Of a stretch of DNA of 64,000 bases, positions 20,033 through 30,912 are shown one piece after another; the first letter of the stretch is position 1; every line of letters begins with the position of its first letter. Location of the stretch: NCBI GenBank assembly GCA_038243585.1, contig JBBSQY010000001.1, forward strand, positions 32,001 to 96,000, written 5' to 3'. Source of the stretch: Candidatus Sumerlaeales bacterium (GTDB taxonomy: Bacteria > Sumerlaeota > Sumerlaeia > Sumerlaeales > Sumerlaeaceae). A model generated the notes under the pieces. It did no database searches and was not told the origin of the DNA. It was given only the letters and a program-made list of their open reading frames with translations. Both the position numbers and the translations under genes were made by a program.

Positions 20033-21427
20033 CTAGTTATAAAGTTGCCAGTCGCCCACACCGCTACTGGTATCAAAATGAACCCAGTCAAACTCCGCTG
20101 TCATCTGGGGCCCACCGTTATCATTGACTTTCTTGCCCAACAGCTGCACCTGGGTATTCTGAAGCTCCGTGCTGTACGTGTGGCCGCCATTCGGCAGGCT
20201 GATCCAGGTGACATTATCGAAGCTATACTGGGCCGTGTAAGTGGATCCTGCTTTATCGATTCGCAGATAAGCCGGAAGCGGATCGCCACCTAGGTTAATT
20301 TCGTCCACGTTCCATTCATTGGAATCGGCGCGCTGGTAGACGGCCTGAACCATATGAGCACCCGCATCGGTCCGCAAATTTGCGATTGATGCATAATCAT
20401 TCTGATCCTGCCACAGCCACAGACCATAACCGGTCCAATTTTGAAAGTTAAACAGTTCCGTGGGGCCCACTTTTGCAGTAACCTTTAAGTTAGGGACTAC
20501 GGGTGCCTTTTGGAAGACCCTGACTGCCTTATCAATTCCGCCCCACTGATCATTAAAATTGGCGGGAGTAATCCGCAATGCACCGCCTGATACGGCAATC
20601 GTTGATGCTTCAATACCCTCATGTTTCCCCCAGACCAAAGGATCAAGAGAGGTCCCTGCAAACTCATCATTCGTCCCTGCAGACGCCGTTGGTACGGCGA
20701 CAGGACCTGTGCGGATAAAGTCAAACAGACCGACGTCATTTTGCCCGTTGGTGCCGGGCCCCGACTGAATCAGTCTGATTTTTTCGTTAGTAAAATATCC
20801 TGTTGCTGCGTTTTGTGAGTTGCGGATCAAGCGGTTCACCTGTATCCAGGTGGTTCCGTCATAGCTGACCAGACCAAAGTATCCATTCTCCGTTTTCTGG
20901 ATCTTCAGCCATACCGGATTCTGGGTTACATCCCAATAAGCCTGGTCCCCGCCCCATTCATGCCAGTTTTCCGTGCGATTGGCTACGAAATCGGAATTGT
21001 AAGCGCCCTCAACACCCCGTCGCCATGTCGGGTTGCCGTCATTACCCAGCGCCCAGACGCCAAACCAGTGGTCGTTGTCCTGCCACAGCATAAGGCCACA
21101 CTTGTTCCAGTTATTCTGTTTGCCCGCCGCAGTAGGGTCAAAGTCATCAAGTTTGGTAACGATTTCCCAGTTCGTGCCACCCGGCGCGTCCTGTTGAACA
21201 TACGTGTATTTGTCGATAAAAAAGAACAGGTCTGCCCCTTCCATCGCTTCAATGGAAAGGTGGGTTCCCGTGTGACCGATTACGCTGCCCACAGGGTCGC
21301 TATCTTGAAAAGTCCACTGGGTCCCAAGAGATCCCCCGTTAAACTCATCAGCAACGAACTGTCCGAAAGATAATGAGGCACAGGAAAGCGCACTGCCCAT
21401 CAGAAATAATGTTTTCAATCGATTCAA
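20033..21427 (-). CDS. Secreted protein with two concanavalin-like (DUF1349/GH43 C-terminal-like) domains and C-terminal WxLY tail
   Basis: TTG start with GGAGG RBS; signal peptide; duplicated DEF.G.SL...W...GL..WQD.D module; ends SGVGDWQLYN. Confidence 0.8.
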   Translation of the reverse strand: MNRLKTLFLMGSALSCASLSFGQFVADEFNGGSLGTQWTFQDSDPVGSVIGHTGTHLSIEAMEGADLFFFIDKYTYVQQDAPGGTNWEIVTKLDDFDPTAAGKQNNWNKCGLMLWQDNDHWFGVWALGNDGNPTWRRGVEGAYNSDFVANRTENWHEWGGDQAYWDVTQNPVWLKIQKTENGYFGLVSYDGTTWIQVNRLIRNSQNAATGYFTNEKIRLIQSGPGTNGQNDVGLFDFIRTGPVAVPTASAGTNDEFAGTSLDPLVWGKHEGIEASTIAVSGGALRITPANFNDQWGGIDKAVRVFQKAPVVPNLKVTAKVGPTELFNFQNWTGYGLWLWQDQNDYASIANLRTDAGAHMVQAVYQRADSNEWNVDEINLGGDPLPAYLRIDKAGSTYTAQYSFDNVTWISLPNGGHTYSTELQNTQVQLLGKKVNDNGGPQMTAEFDWVHFDTSSGVGDWQLYN

Positions 21428-21472
21428 ACTGTTACCCTCCCATTAAGATATAGTTGATAGATAAAACTTGCC

Positions 21473-21502
21473 TTCTGAATATGCAACTGGATTTATTCAG
21501 AA
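21473..21502. promoter_or_regulatory. Inverted repeat in divergent promoter region, possible operator
   Basis: TTCTGAATA-N12-TATTCAGAA perfect 9-bp arms. Confidence 0.45.
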
Positions 21503-21532
21503 CAGTGAAAACAAAGCAAGAAAGAGGGTCAA

Positions 21533-22207
21533 ATGAAACCTTCCGGATTCACATTAATTGAATTGCTGATCGTAGTGGCAATTATCGCCATTCTTGCTGC
21601 GATAGCCGTACCAAACTTCCTCGAAGCACAGACCCGCGCAAAGGTATCCAGGAGTCTGGCTGACATGCGGACTATCGACACCGGAATCCACACTTACGTG
21701 CTTGATAACGATAAGGTTCCGCCCAGTGCCGCCCCAAACTTCGTGTGGCCTTACGCAGTGGATGGCAATGGTTGGATTCGCAGTTGGCGTCAGCGCCTCA
21801 TCCCCGTCACCACCCCCATTGCCTACCTTTCCACCGTTCCCAGCGATGCATTTGGTATGAACTCGATCCACGCGAAAAAACCACCACCTGGATTCAAGTC
21901 TGGCGATTTCACCGTGCCCCAGTATTGCGAAGACTATTTTGTAAGCCTGCCAACACGCGGGTATCTAAGCCCCCCGGGCAGGCCCGGAGCAGGTTATGTC
22001 AGCTATGATGCAGCACAACAGGATGTTGGTTGGAGACTAATTTCCTGCGGGCCAGACAACGTTTTTAACTACGATGACTCCGCCATTCCAGCAGCGCCAT
22101 TCTGGGAAAAAGATGGAATGCCCTATGACGCCTCCAACGGAACCGTTTCCCATGGGGACGTGTTTCGCTACGGTGGTGCCGACCGCGGCAATCGTAATAA
22201 GATATAG
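21533..22207 (+). CDS. Prepilin-type N-terminal cleavage/methylation domain protein
   Basis: G|FTLIELLIVVAIIAILAAIAVPNF; C-terminal SCGPD...YDASNGTVSHGD. Confidence 0.9.
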   Translation: MKPSGFTLIELLIVVAIIAILAAIAVPNFLEAQTRAKVSRSLADMRTIDTGIHTYVLDNDKVPPSAAPNFVWPYAVDGNGWIRSWRQRLIPVTTPIAYLSTVPSDAFGMNSIHAKKPPPGFKSGDFTVPQYCEDYFVSLPTRGYLSPPGRPGAGYVSYDAAQQDVGWRLISCGPDNVFNYDDSAIPAAPFWEKDGMPYDASNGTVSHGDVFRYGGADRGNRNKI

Positions 22208-22661
22208 AACGCGGTTGTGACATAAAATAAGACGCTGCAATATCGGATGCTACGCTACCCCATAGTATCACCGAGCAGCATCCATTTTGGCGAATCGTGT
22301 TTGTTTTTCCGTCAAATTTCTCCGTCCACAATCTTGCCTAAATGCCCATGCGGGAATACCACACTCATATCCCCCATGGCAGAACCACACCCATGAAAAC
22401 GACAAACACACCCCAGCCAGCCTCGGCCCCAAACCTAAAACTTGCACCAACGCTTTAATTAAGTACCTAATAGAAAAAACTAAAACACTCCAACACAAGC
22501 ACTTGCATATTAATTAATTAAAAAAAACCGAGGGCTGTGGACAAAATTTTCAAACAAAAATCATCGCGGCTATGCTTTAAAGTTTCGCCTTATGCTCTGG
22601 ACATTAACGGTTATGCGGCCCACACAACGTTTATATTTCACACATCCGGCGGTCAAGCTTA

Positions 22662-24017
22662 ATGGATAAAATCAGGCAAATTCTTCTCCAGCGCGGACGG
22701 CAATATCTAACAACCGTGCGTTCATCTCTGTGGCTCATACCAGGGCTCATGATCGGCTTTTCCGTCCTCCTGGCTCTTTTTCTCATCGAAGTAGATGCGC
22801 GCCTGGACCATAAGTGGTACCAGGATTATCCCCACGTTTTTGGCCTGGGTGCGGATGGTTCCCGGGGCATGCTCACAGCCATAGCCGGTTCCATGCTTAC
22901 TGTTGCCGGGCTATGTTTTTCCCTCACCCTCAGCACCATATCACAAGCGTCAGCCCAGTACACGCCGCGCATCTTGCGCAACTTCATGCGCGATCGCACC
23001 AACCAGTTTATACTTGGTTATTTTGTAAGCATATTTGCCTACTGCCTGATGGTGCTGCGCACTATCCGCGGTGCTGATGAAATCAAATTTGTACCGTCCC
23101 TTGCCGTGCTCACCGGGCTAATATTAGCCATCGGGGGCGTCCTCGTCCTTATCTATTTTATCCACCACATCGCCACGTCGCTGCAGGTGAGCCATATTAT
23201 TACGGTCATTGAAGATGAGACAGTGCACGTGATTGACAACATCTTCGAAGATGAGCTGGACTCGAACGCCGAGACTGACGCCCCAATGCCACCCGACACG
23301 GTATCTGACATCATGGCTGACGCTGTGACCAACTGGTATCCGGTACACTCTCTCGACAGCGGCTACGTGCAATATGTTGATATGGATGGCCTCACGGAGT
23401 TCGCTGAAGAGCACAGCTCCGTCCTCCGCATGGAATACGGGGTGGGCCAGTTTGTGGGGGTTGGCACGGCGCTTTTAATGTCATCTGTAGAGCTGGAAGA
23501 TGGTGACGAAGCTGAGCTGAACAGCCTGTTTAACGTCTACCGCTACCGCACTGTCGAGCAGGACGTTGGCTTTGGCATCCGCCAGATAGTGGACATTGCC
23601 CTGAAGGCCCTGTCGCCCGGTATTAACGACACCACCACCGCAATCAATTGCATTGATTACCTGGGCGTCATCGCGGGCCGGCTGGCCAATCGCAAGCTTA
23701 CGCCACCTTACCGCATCGTCGAAGGCGAACTGCGAGTGCTGGTCATGGCACCATCATTTCATGATTACGTAGGCACCGCCTTTGACCAGATCCGCATCAG
23801 TGGCAGCGGCAACATGGCCATCTTCATGCGGCTGGTGAAGGCATTCGCACTAGTAGCAGAACGCACCGTGACGGAAGACCGTTTGCACACCCTGCACAAG
23901 CACATGGAGCTGACCCGCGTGTTTGCCAGTGAGACTCTCGTCACAGATTATGAGAAAGAGAAATTCCAGGAGTACTACGAGCGCCAGATGGAACGCATGA
24001 CATTGTGTAAAGCTTAG
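22662..24017 (+). CDS. DUF2254 family membrane protein
   Basis: ASAQYTPRILRNF and DIALKALSPGINDTTTA motifs. Confidence 0.88.
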   Translation: MDKIRQILLQRGRQYLTTVRSSLWLIPGLMIGFSVLLALFLIEVDARLDHKWYQDYPHVFGLGADGSRGMLTAIAGSMLTVAGLCFSLTLSTISQASAQYTPRILRNFMRDRTNQFILGYFVSIFAYCLMVLRTIRGADEIKFVPSLAVLTGLILAIGGVLVLIYFIHHIATSLQVSHIITVIEDETVHVIDNIFEDELDSNAETDAPMPPDTVSDIMADAVTNWYPVHSLDSGYVQYVDMDGLTEFAEEHSSVLRMEYGVGQFVGVGTALLMSSVELEDGDEAELNSLFNVYRYRTVEQDVGFGIRQIVDIALKALSPGINDTTTAINCIDYLGVIAGRLANRKLTPPYRIVEGELRVLVMAPSFHDYVGTAFDQIRISGSGNMAIFMRLVKAFALVAERTVTEDRLHTLHKHMELTRVFASETLVTDYEKEKFQEYYERQMERMTLCKA

Positions 24018-24088
24018 GGTTTGTAACGCCGAGACGCGGAGGTCGTAAGCTTATATAGCAACCTAAGAACTAAGCGCCCTATCAGAAC

Positions 24089-24119
24089 AAAAAAAAGCCC
24101 CGCCAAAACTGGCGGGGCT
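24089..24119 (-). terminator. Rho-independent terminator
   Basis: AGCCCCGCCA / TGGCGGGGCT stem with T-run on minus strand. Confidence 0.85.
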
Positions 24120-24192
24120 CTAGTGCATCATGCAAATTCTCCACAGCAGTAAGGAAAGGCCAGTTAGAACCAGCCCTATACCGTACGCGTGT

Positions 24193-25719
24193 TTAGTTGA
24201 ACAAAGACCACTCAGCGATCCCCGAAAGAGCGTCGTTAGACGTGTTCGGCGTCGGACGATCCGTCGGTACTAGATCCGTTGGAGAGAATGTGCGAATGGT
24301 GGACGAACCGTCAGGCCTGCGGCCGAGAGACCCGCCGGCTGGGATTGCAGAAACGCCGGAATTGATAAATCCGTCCACGTCAGGAGAATCTTCCCCCCCA
24401 AGAAACGCAACGCCGTCGAGCAGTTGGGTCCCATCGGAAATTCCCACCAAAGACCCCGCATTACGGATTCGCGCAACTGTATAAGTAAACGTCGTGCCCG
24501 GGATGAAGCCCGTTGGGTTGCCCGATGAAAACACAGTGACAAAACCACCTGCAGGAAGAGTAGCCCCTTCCGGGAAAACGTAGCTGTGAAACACCTCGCT
24601 GTCCGAATCTTTACAACGTTGTTCCCATCCTTCAATAAGAATTGGGGCTGCGGTCATGTTGAAAATTTCAACGAATTCATCATTTTGACCAGCAGTGCTT
24701 CCGTCATTGTTATGATCTACTGTACCAGGGTTATAACAGATTTCATTAATCTTTACAGATCCTGCGAGAGCCGGAGTACCACGCACGAGTTCCGTGGCAA
24801 ATTCGATCGACCCGGAAGGAGAAGTCAAACCGTCGGTCGCGTAGGTAACCGACCCGCTATAACTCTTGTTAGTGCTCACGTCAGATTCAACAAACTGAAC
24901 TGTAAGTGTTGTGGATTGGTTAAATTGCAGAGTAACGGGTAGCGCGGGAGTGACTCCATCAAAATAAGTAAAAGCAGTGGATGAAGACGGCTCGAGCTGG
25001 AAACTGCTCACTGTCAAAGGAGCAGTTCGGGTGTTTTTCAAAGTAATAGTTTTGCTTGTTGGCACAACTGCCGTTGCCTGATTCATCCTGGGAAAATCGA
25101 GTTGATTAATAGAAAAACCCGACTGCCGCGAGTTGACGGCTCTGGGCGTAGGCTCAGCGGGCACCCACAATCCACCGTTTCCGTCTGGTATGCGGGATAA
25201 GCCTACAGACGTTGCGTTACCATAAACACCTTCATTGTAGACGGGAGGGGATCCCAACCCGCTCCAGTCAATATCTCCCTGGACACCAACCTTATACACA
25301 AGCACGTCAACAATTCCGGAAGTGGTAGGGAGTGTTCCAGTCGGAAAAGAGGCTGCCGAACCAGTATAAAGAACGACGGCATCGTTGCCGTTTTGGAGTT
25401 TATTGTTTGCCAGCACCACGTCCGCACCTGAAATCGCGCTGTTCGCAATCAGAATATAGCCGTTTGCATCAGCGGTTAACCCGCTGAGGTCGAAAGCGAG
25501 GTAACTTTTAGGACCCACACCCCCCGAAGCAGCACCGTCATAAAGAACCACCACCAAGCCATCGGCCGACTCATTTGGGTCACCCTTAAGCTCGATAAAT
25601 TCTGCGGCATCCGTCCCAGGTGTGTCCGCGTCTATTTCGTTTATTAAAAATGCTGCGGACGCACTGGCACAAAGGCATGAGACCAATGCGATGCCGACCA
25701 AACTCTGTACAAATTTCAT
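24193..25719 (-). CDS. Secreted lamin-tail-domain protein (two LTD-like domains, Ig-like middle) with C-terminal WxLF tail
   Basis: INEIDAD...EFIEL and INEICYNP...DEFVEI; PTP ends; ends SGIAEWSLFN. Confidence 0.82.
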   Translation of the reverse strand: MKFVQSLVGIALVSCLCASASAAFLINEIDADTPGTDAAEFIELKGDPNESADGLVVVLYDGAASGGVGPKSYLAFDLSGLTADANGYILIANSAISGADVVLANNKLQNGNDAVVLYTGSAASFPTGTLPTTSGIVDVLVYKVGVQGDIDWSGLGSPPVYNEGVYGNATSVGLSRIPDGNGGLWVPAEPTPRAVNSRQSGFSINQLDFPRMNQATAVVPTSKTITLKNTRTAPLTVSSFQLEPSSSTAFTYFDGVTPALPVTLQFNQSTTLTVQFVESDVSTNKSYSGSVTYATDGLTSPSGSIEFATELVRGTPALAGSVKINEICYNPGTVDHNNDGSTAGQNDEFVEIFNMTAAPILIEGWEQRCKDSDSEVFHSYVFPEGATLPAGGFVTVFSSGNPTGFIPGTTFTYTVARIRNAGSLVGISDGTQLLDGVAFLGGEDSPDVDGFINSGVSAIPAGGSLGRRPDGSSTIRTFSPTDLVPTDRPTPNTSNDALSGIAEWSLFN

Positions 25720-26021
25720 AAAATGTTTATATCTTTCCCGTATTTAAGTTCATAATTAACTCGTACTCGTATACGTGCAACTCAGCAATATATCGTATAA
25801 AACGCGTTTTTTCAGAATCTTAGTTCGTGCGGGAACGTCTGATTTTCGGTCACCGTTAATTAAGCGTCCTTCAGCGGTATGGGCCGCTGCACATATTCAA
25901 GATACGACCGAGTCCGGCCACAGAGTTTACCGTCGGCAGAGGACGTACAGAGCATGATGGGGAATACCCTACTGAGCCTTATTAGAATGCCTGTAACAGC
26001 GTGATTAACCCACTGCTTTTG

Positions 26022-27302
26022 CTATTCGAACATATCCCAGCCGGCGGCCCTGTTTGTTTGCTGATTAGGATCCAAGAAGAACCCCGCCGGTGCATACGTA
26101 TGACCCGGGAAAAGCGTTGCCAATGTGCTGTCAGAAACCCCGCGTCGCGCCTTTAGGATTTCGCCTATTACGGAACGAAAATCGGTTGTGGCTGCTACGT
26201 CCACAGATTCAAATAGCTGACCCTGCGCCAGTCCCGGCCACGCTCCGTATATCTTTTTCTCAAGCACATTTGAGCTGAGCACCATCATCAATCCGCCGTG
26301 CCCGTGATCTGTGCCCAGGTTATCATTCTCACGCACTCGCCGCCCGAATTCGCTCATAACCACCACGGTCAGTCTGCCGTGATACTCCAGCAGGTCCGAC
26401 CAGAACGCATGAAGACCATCGGCCATTTGCTTTGCATTGTTCGCGAAATAACCTTGGTGCGGGCTCCCGTTGTTGGCCTGGTATTCATGGGTATCCCAAC
26501 CTCCCAAATCAACCGTTGCAGCTTCCAACCCGAGATTCATTCTTATAATCTGCGCCACGGATTTCAAGGTTTCCGCAAAATCTGTATCCGGGTAAACGGT
26601 ACCGTTCCCCGGCACGTAATCCCCAGTGGGGTTCGCATCGATCAGGTCTACGGCATCCAGCGTGCGATTCGCCACACCACTCAGCCGCGGATCAGCGGCA
26701 TACATTTGTCGCAGTGCGACTCGAAAATCATCAAGATGATTATAGTGAGTATGCAGTGTAAAATCCTCCGCCGACTCCATTGTCAGTGCTCCGGGAAATC
26801 CTTCCAGCGATATGGAGGCGGCACCGTTCAGCGATACCGCGCGAAAGACGCTATCCATGGGACTTGACGGTACCAGGTGGCGCGCCAGCCAGCCATCCCC
26901 GGTTTTGGCAGCGCTGCCTGTCAGGCCGCGATCCATGATATCCTGAGCATCAAAGTGGCTTCGGTTTGCCTCCGGAAAACCACACGCCGGAATAAACGCC
27001 AAGTGTCCTGCATTGTACAACGTGGCCAGCTTATCGGCGCCTTTATTTATACCAAAGTAGCCGTTTAAATCAATTACGTTGGCAGCATCCAATCCCAGCC
27101 TGCTCCGCGCCTGGTGGTATTCTGTATCAGACCATGGTGCCAGCAGGCTGAGTGCATCCATTCCGCCACGCAGAAACACTGATACAATTATATCGCGATT
27201 GCCCGGGCCTTGCCCGAACGTCAGATTGCCAAGCCTGGCACCGGCCAAGGCCATGATGCTGGAGCAGCAACCCTGCAAGAACGTGCGCCGTTTCATCTTC
27301 AT
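26022..27302 (-). CDS. DUF1501 family protein, Tat-exported, with C-terminal WxMF tail
   Basis: KRRTFL Tat motif; FLRGGMD, RSHFDAQ, GGWDTH, SEFGR, GTDHG motifs. Confidence 0.9.
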   Translation of the reverse strand: MKMKRRTFLQGCCSSIMALAGARLGNLTFGQGPGNRDIIVSVFLRGGMDALSLLAPWSDTEYHQARSRLGLDAANVIDLNGYFGINKGADKLATLYNAGHLAFIPACGFPEANRSHFDAQDIMDRGLTGSAAKTGDGWLARHLVPSSPMDSVFRAVSLNGAASISLEGFPGALTMESAEDFTLHTHYNHLDDFRVALRQMYAADPRLSGVANRTLDAVDLIDANPTGDYVPGNGTVYPDTDFAETLKSVAQIIRMNLGLEAATVDLGGWDTHEYQANNGSPHQGYFANNAKQMADGLHAFWSDLLEYHGRLTVVVMSEFGRRVRENDNLGTDHGHGGLMMVLSSNVLEKKIYGAWPGLAQGQLFESVDVAATTDFRSVIGEILKARRGVSDSTLATLFPGHTYAPAGFFLDPNQQTNRAAGWDMFE

Positions 27303-27344
27303 TAAAATAAGTACCTTTCACAAAAAGGAGGGTAATGAGTTAAT

Positions 27345-28922
27345 TCAGCGCCACATATATTCTGGCGCTACGGTGCACAGAGCCGCAATGCGTGGGGCCT
27401 TGTCTTCAATCTGCTCTACGGGCAGTGCGATATCAAAGTTTCGCCCCTCAGCAACAAACACCATGATCCCTTCAAAAGTCGCAGTAGAGACAGGACGTTG
27501 GATCACCCGGTTTATCCACCATTGAGCGATCTCACGTGGCGTGCGAAGAGTGCCGGGCATCAACGCATACGCCGGGAAGGTAAGCCCTTTATTAACCCAC
27601 CATCCGGCATCAATGCGAAAGATGAAATTGTAACGAGACAGCATACTTGTCGCCGTTGCCCAGTTATAAAAATCCTTCGGCGGCCCATCGGGCGAATGCC
27701 ACCCGAACATGTAATAGCCCACATCGGCCATCATGTAGGTCATCTGAAAAGCGTCTTCACCCTCGCGATAAATATATGGGATAGCCAGCGCCCGCATTGT
27801 CGAAATGATCCAGTCGTACGGACGCTTCAGCAAACACATCCGCGTCGCTTCACTGCGAAACTCAGATGAGGCAAAGATGTGCGCCAGCGTGAGACGAATC
27901 TGCTGCGCATTGTTGCGGTTCTGATAGAAAACATTCGCCGAACTGGCCACGATAGACTCGGCAGGCGTCTCCGATACAAACCGCTGACACAGCTTTAACG
28001 CAATATGCCGCGCCGTGCCCTGATGATTACAAATAAGGTCAATCACCTTAAGGCCATCAGCCAGGTCGGCCTGATCATTTGGGATGGAAGTACCCAGCAC
28101 GATTTTCTGAAAGCGATCATGATTATCGCGCACGTATTTAAACTTGCCACGGTTGGGTGATGCACTCGAATTATCATACGACCACCCTGTGAAGCACCGG
28201 CTCGATTCGTATACATCGTTGTCTACATAGCCGCCTGGCGCATTGTAACTAATCGCACCAAGCGAATGCAACTCGAACAGCTCGCGCGCGTAATTTTCAT
28301 TAGGCCCCGCGTTCGTGCTCAGGTAATTATCCAGATAATCTAACATCACCGGATGTTTGGCCGTCGCCGTCACAAAATCGCGAAAATTACCCAGCGCATG
28401 CTGACGAATGAGGCGGTCCCATTCAGGAAACAAACACGCGATAGGCGTATCATACGCATATACGTTAAAATGATCGTGCCAGAAGGCCGTCATCACCTCA
28501 AACAGTTGCCATTTGGAATGCAGCATTCGCGCGAGAGTGGCATGGCGAACCTCGTCCGCCGGGCGCATGGCTTCAGCCCAGTTCATGCTGCGCCGATCAT
28601 ATAGTACGGTGGTCGATTCCGCAAACGTCCCGTGGGGCAACGCCGCCAGCATGGCGGCCAGTTCCGGCGTATCAGTCGCCCCCGGATTAAGCTGCTCTGC
28701 TATCCAGGCATCCACCCCCTGGGCTTCCACTGCAGCAATATCACCAGGGCGCGTACCAAACGTAAGCCGGTTCGCCACGTGAGCCGCCAGAGATGGGGCA
28801 GGTGCAGGATTATCAAGAGATAGTGCTGCTGTGTCCTGACCAGGATCACTTTTAAGGGCACTATCCTGACGCATAAAGTATTGCCGACGCGAACTGAGTG
28901 CGGTTGGGGAAGACATGGGCAC
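27345..28922 (-). CDS. DUF1800 family protein
   Basis: RLTFG, FWHDHFN, YLDN, PNENYARELFELHSLG, FTGW motifs; adjacent to DUF1501. Confidence 0.92.
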   Translation of the reverse strand: MPMSSPTALSSRRQYFMRQDSALKSDPGQDTAALSLDNPAPAPSLAAHVANRLTFGTRPGDIAAVEAQGVDAWIAEQLNPGATDTPELAAMLAALPHGTFAESTTVLYDRRSMNWAEAMRPADEVRHATLARMLHSKWQLFEVMTAFWHDHFNVYAYDTPIACLFPEWDRLIRQHALGNFRDFVTATAKHPVMLDYLDNYLSTNAGPNENYARELFELHSLGAISYNAPGGYVDNDVYESSRCFTGWSYDNSSASPNRGKFKYVRDNHDRFQKIVLGTSIPNDQADLADGLKVIDLICNHQGTARHIALKLCQRFVSETPAESIVASSANVFYQNRNNAQQIRLTLAHIFASSEFRSEATRMCLLKRPYDWIISTMRALAIPYIYREGEDAFQMTYMMADVGYYMFGWHSPDGPPKDFYNWATATSMLSRYNFIFRIDAGWWVNKGLTFPAYALMPGTLRTPREIAQWWINRVIQRPVSTATFEGIMVFVAEGRNFDIALPVEQIEDKAPRIAALCTVAPEYMWR

Positions 28923-29425
28923 ACCTTTTATTAGTAAGCCCTTCTGTGCATCCCCCAGTCAGAGAAAGGCGATGCACACAATGGCTATTGCGAGTTTGTA
29001 GAAATGGGTACCCCATCTCGTCCCGTCGTTTCAACCAAAATGATTAGGAAAGACAGTAGAATCAAAAATCCTATAATGCTGATTGTGTACAACCTGGCAA
29101 TTACCGCCTGTAAATAATGGGCGACCTGCTGATAGGAGTTTACGCAGCACGTTCTCTCGTGTTATGTTGTTATGAAGTATTTGCGATACATCGCTTCTGT
29201 TTCTGGAGCGTTATTTTAGTACCTTCGTGCACAAATCAGCCGGCTACCAGCACATCCGGCTAGCCTTATTATGGAATGCAGAGCGCATTGACTTAGCAAG
29301 ACTTTACGCTGTTACAAAAAGTTACCTTTAACACCGTTAGAAGAAGAGGCGGCTGTTTAATTTACCTTGGTGTCGTATCATAGGGGATATAATTACGCAT
29401 CAAACTTTAAGTCGGGGTCTACTAT

Positions 29426-30847
29426 ATGTGGCTGGCCATTCATCTTGCGATAATTTTGGGATTATCAGTTCGCGTACTACTTCGCCCCCATCGCGATCCG
29501 GAATCGCGGATCGCGTGGATTTTATTTATCAGTGCCCTCCCCATCGTTGGCGCACTAGCTTACCTGATGCTGGGTGAAGTAAGACTGGGCGCAAACGCAG
29601 CTCGCAATTTAATGCGTGCTCACCCACCGCGTGCAGATTCCGACTTGGAGCCTGCGACCTCAACAAACGCACTTATTCCAGAGTGTGCGTGGGCTGGGTT
29701 TTCTACCGGCGAATCCATTAGTGGATTTAGGCCGAAGACCGGGAATGTGGGCCATCTGATGGAAAATTCCAATACCACTATTGATGCAATTGCCGCAGAT
29801 ATCGATTCGGCCACAGATCATGTGCACCTGCTATTTTATATCTGGCTACCGGATAATAATGGCCGTAAAATTGTAGACGCCGTAGTGCGAGCCGCCAACC
29901 GTGGTGTGACCTGCCGGGTGATCGTAGATGCTCTTGGATCGCGGGGTTTTATACAGAGCGAGCAATGGCGCGCAATGGGTCATGCCGAGGTACGATTAGG
30001 GAAAGCCGAGTCGATCGATCACATACTTCTTCGCATTCTTAAGGGTCGGGTCGATGTGCGAAATCATCGAAAGATTATTGTAATCGACAACCGGATAACT
30101 TACTGCGGAAGCCAAAATTGCGCTGATCCAGAGTTTGCCGTAAAGGCGAAGTTTGCGCCGTGGGTGGATGCGGTTATAAGGTTCGAGGATCCCATCGTGC
30201 TGCAGAACCAGCAGCTGTTTGTTTCAGACTGGCTGGCATGCACCGGAGAAGATGCCGTTGAATCTTTGTCTTTTGAGTCTGAGTGGCCACAATCCGGCAA
30301 CGTGATTGCGCAGGTCATCGGGACCGGACCGGGAAATTCCCATTCGGCAATGCCAGAGCTATTTGCAACATTGATGTTCAGTGCGCGACATGAGCTAATA
30401 ATCACAACGCCGTACTATGTACCTGATGAAGCGATGCAGGCTGCGCTATGTGCATCCGCTCGACGTGGCGTTGCGACGAAAATTGTGTTCCCCGCAAGCA
30501 ATGATAGCCGGTTCGTTGCCTATGCGAGCCGTAGCTATTACTCGGATCTTCTCGCCGCGGGCGTTAAAATCTATGAGTATAAAGGCGGATTACTACATAC
30601 AAAGTCGCTAACAGTAGATGAAGAAATGACACTAATCGGTTCCGCTAATATGGATCGGCGTAGCTTCGATTTGAACTTCGAAAACAACATTCTGTTTGCC
30701 GATAAGAAACTGACGCTACAGATGCGTGAAAGACAGGAACAGTATATCGCCAACTCACAACTGGTGACAATGGAAGATGTAAACGCATGGAGTCTGGGCA
30801 CTCAGCTTCTCAATAACCTTACCGCTATACTTGGTCCAGTGTTGTAA
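29426..30847 (+). CDS. cls: Cardiolipin synthase
   Basis: N-terminal PLDc_N TM hairpin; two HKD motifs (HRKIIVID, HTKSLTVD). Confidence 0.92.
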   Translation: MWLAIHLAIILGLSVRVLLRPHRDPESRIAWILFISALPIVGALAYLMLGEVRLGANAARNLMRAHPPRADSDLEPATSTNALIPECAWAGFSTGESISGFRPKTGNVGHLMENSNTTIDAIAADIDSATDHVHLLFYIWLPDNNGRKIVDAVVRAANRGVTCRVIVDALGSRGFIQSEQWRAMGHAEVRLGKAESIDHILLRILKGRVDVRNHRKIIVIDNRITYCGSQNCADPEFAVKAKFAPWVDAVIRFEDPIVLQNQQLFVSDWLACTGEDAVESLSFESEWPQSGNVIAQVIGTGPGNSHSAMPELFATLMFSARHELIITTPYYVPDEAMQAALCASARRGVATKIVFPASNDSRFVAYASRSYYSDLLAAGVKIYEYKGGLLHTKSLTVDEEMTLIGSANMDRRSFDLNFENNILFADKKLTLQMRERQEQYIANSQLVTMEDVNAWSLGTQLLNNLTAILGPVL

Positions 30848-30912
30848 AAGACGAGATTCTATGTCCCTTGGTAAACTCACAGGAAACATCACCTTATAAG
30901 TACGTACCGACT

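Noticed and set aside
22530..22550. DnaA-box-like TGTGGACAA in an AT-rich gap
   Set aside because: Single mismatched box; no cluster or dnaA nearby.
28923..29425. Long intergenic region with hairpins, possible riboswitch
   Set aside because: I could not match it to any riboswitch consensus; it needs an Rfam scan.
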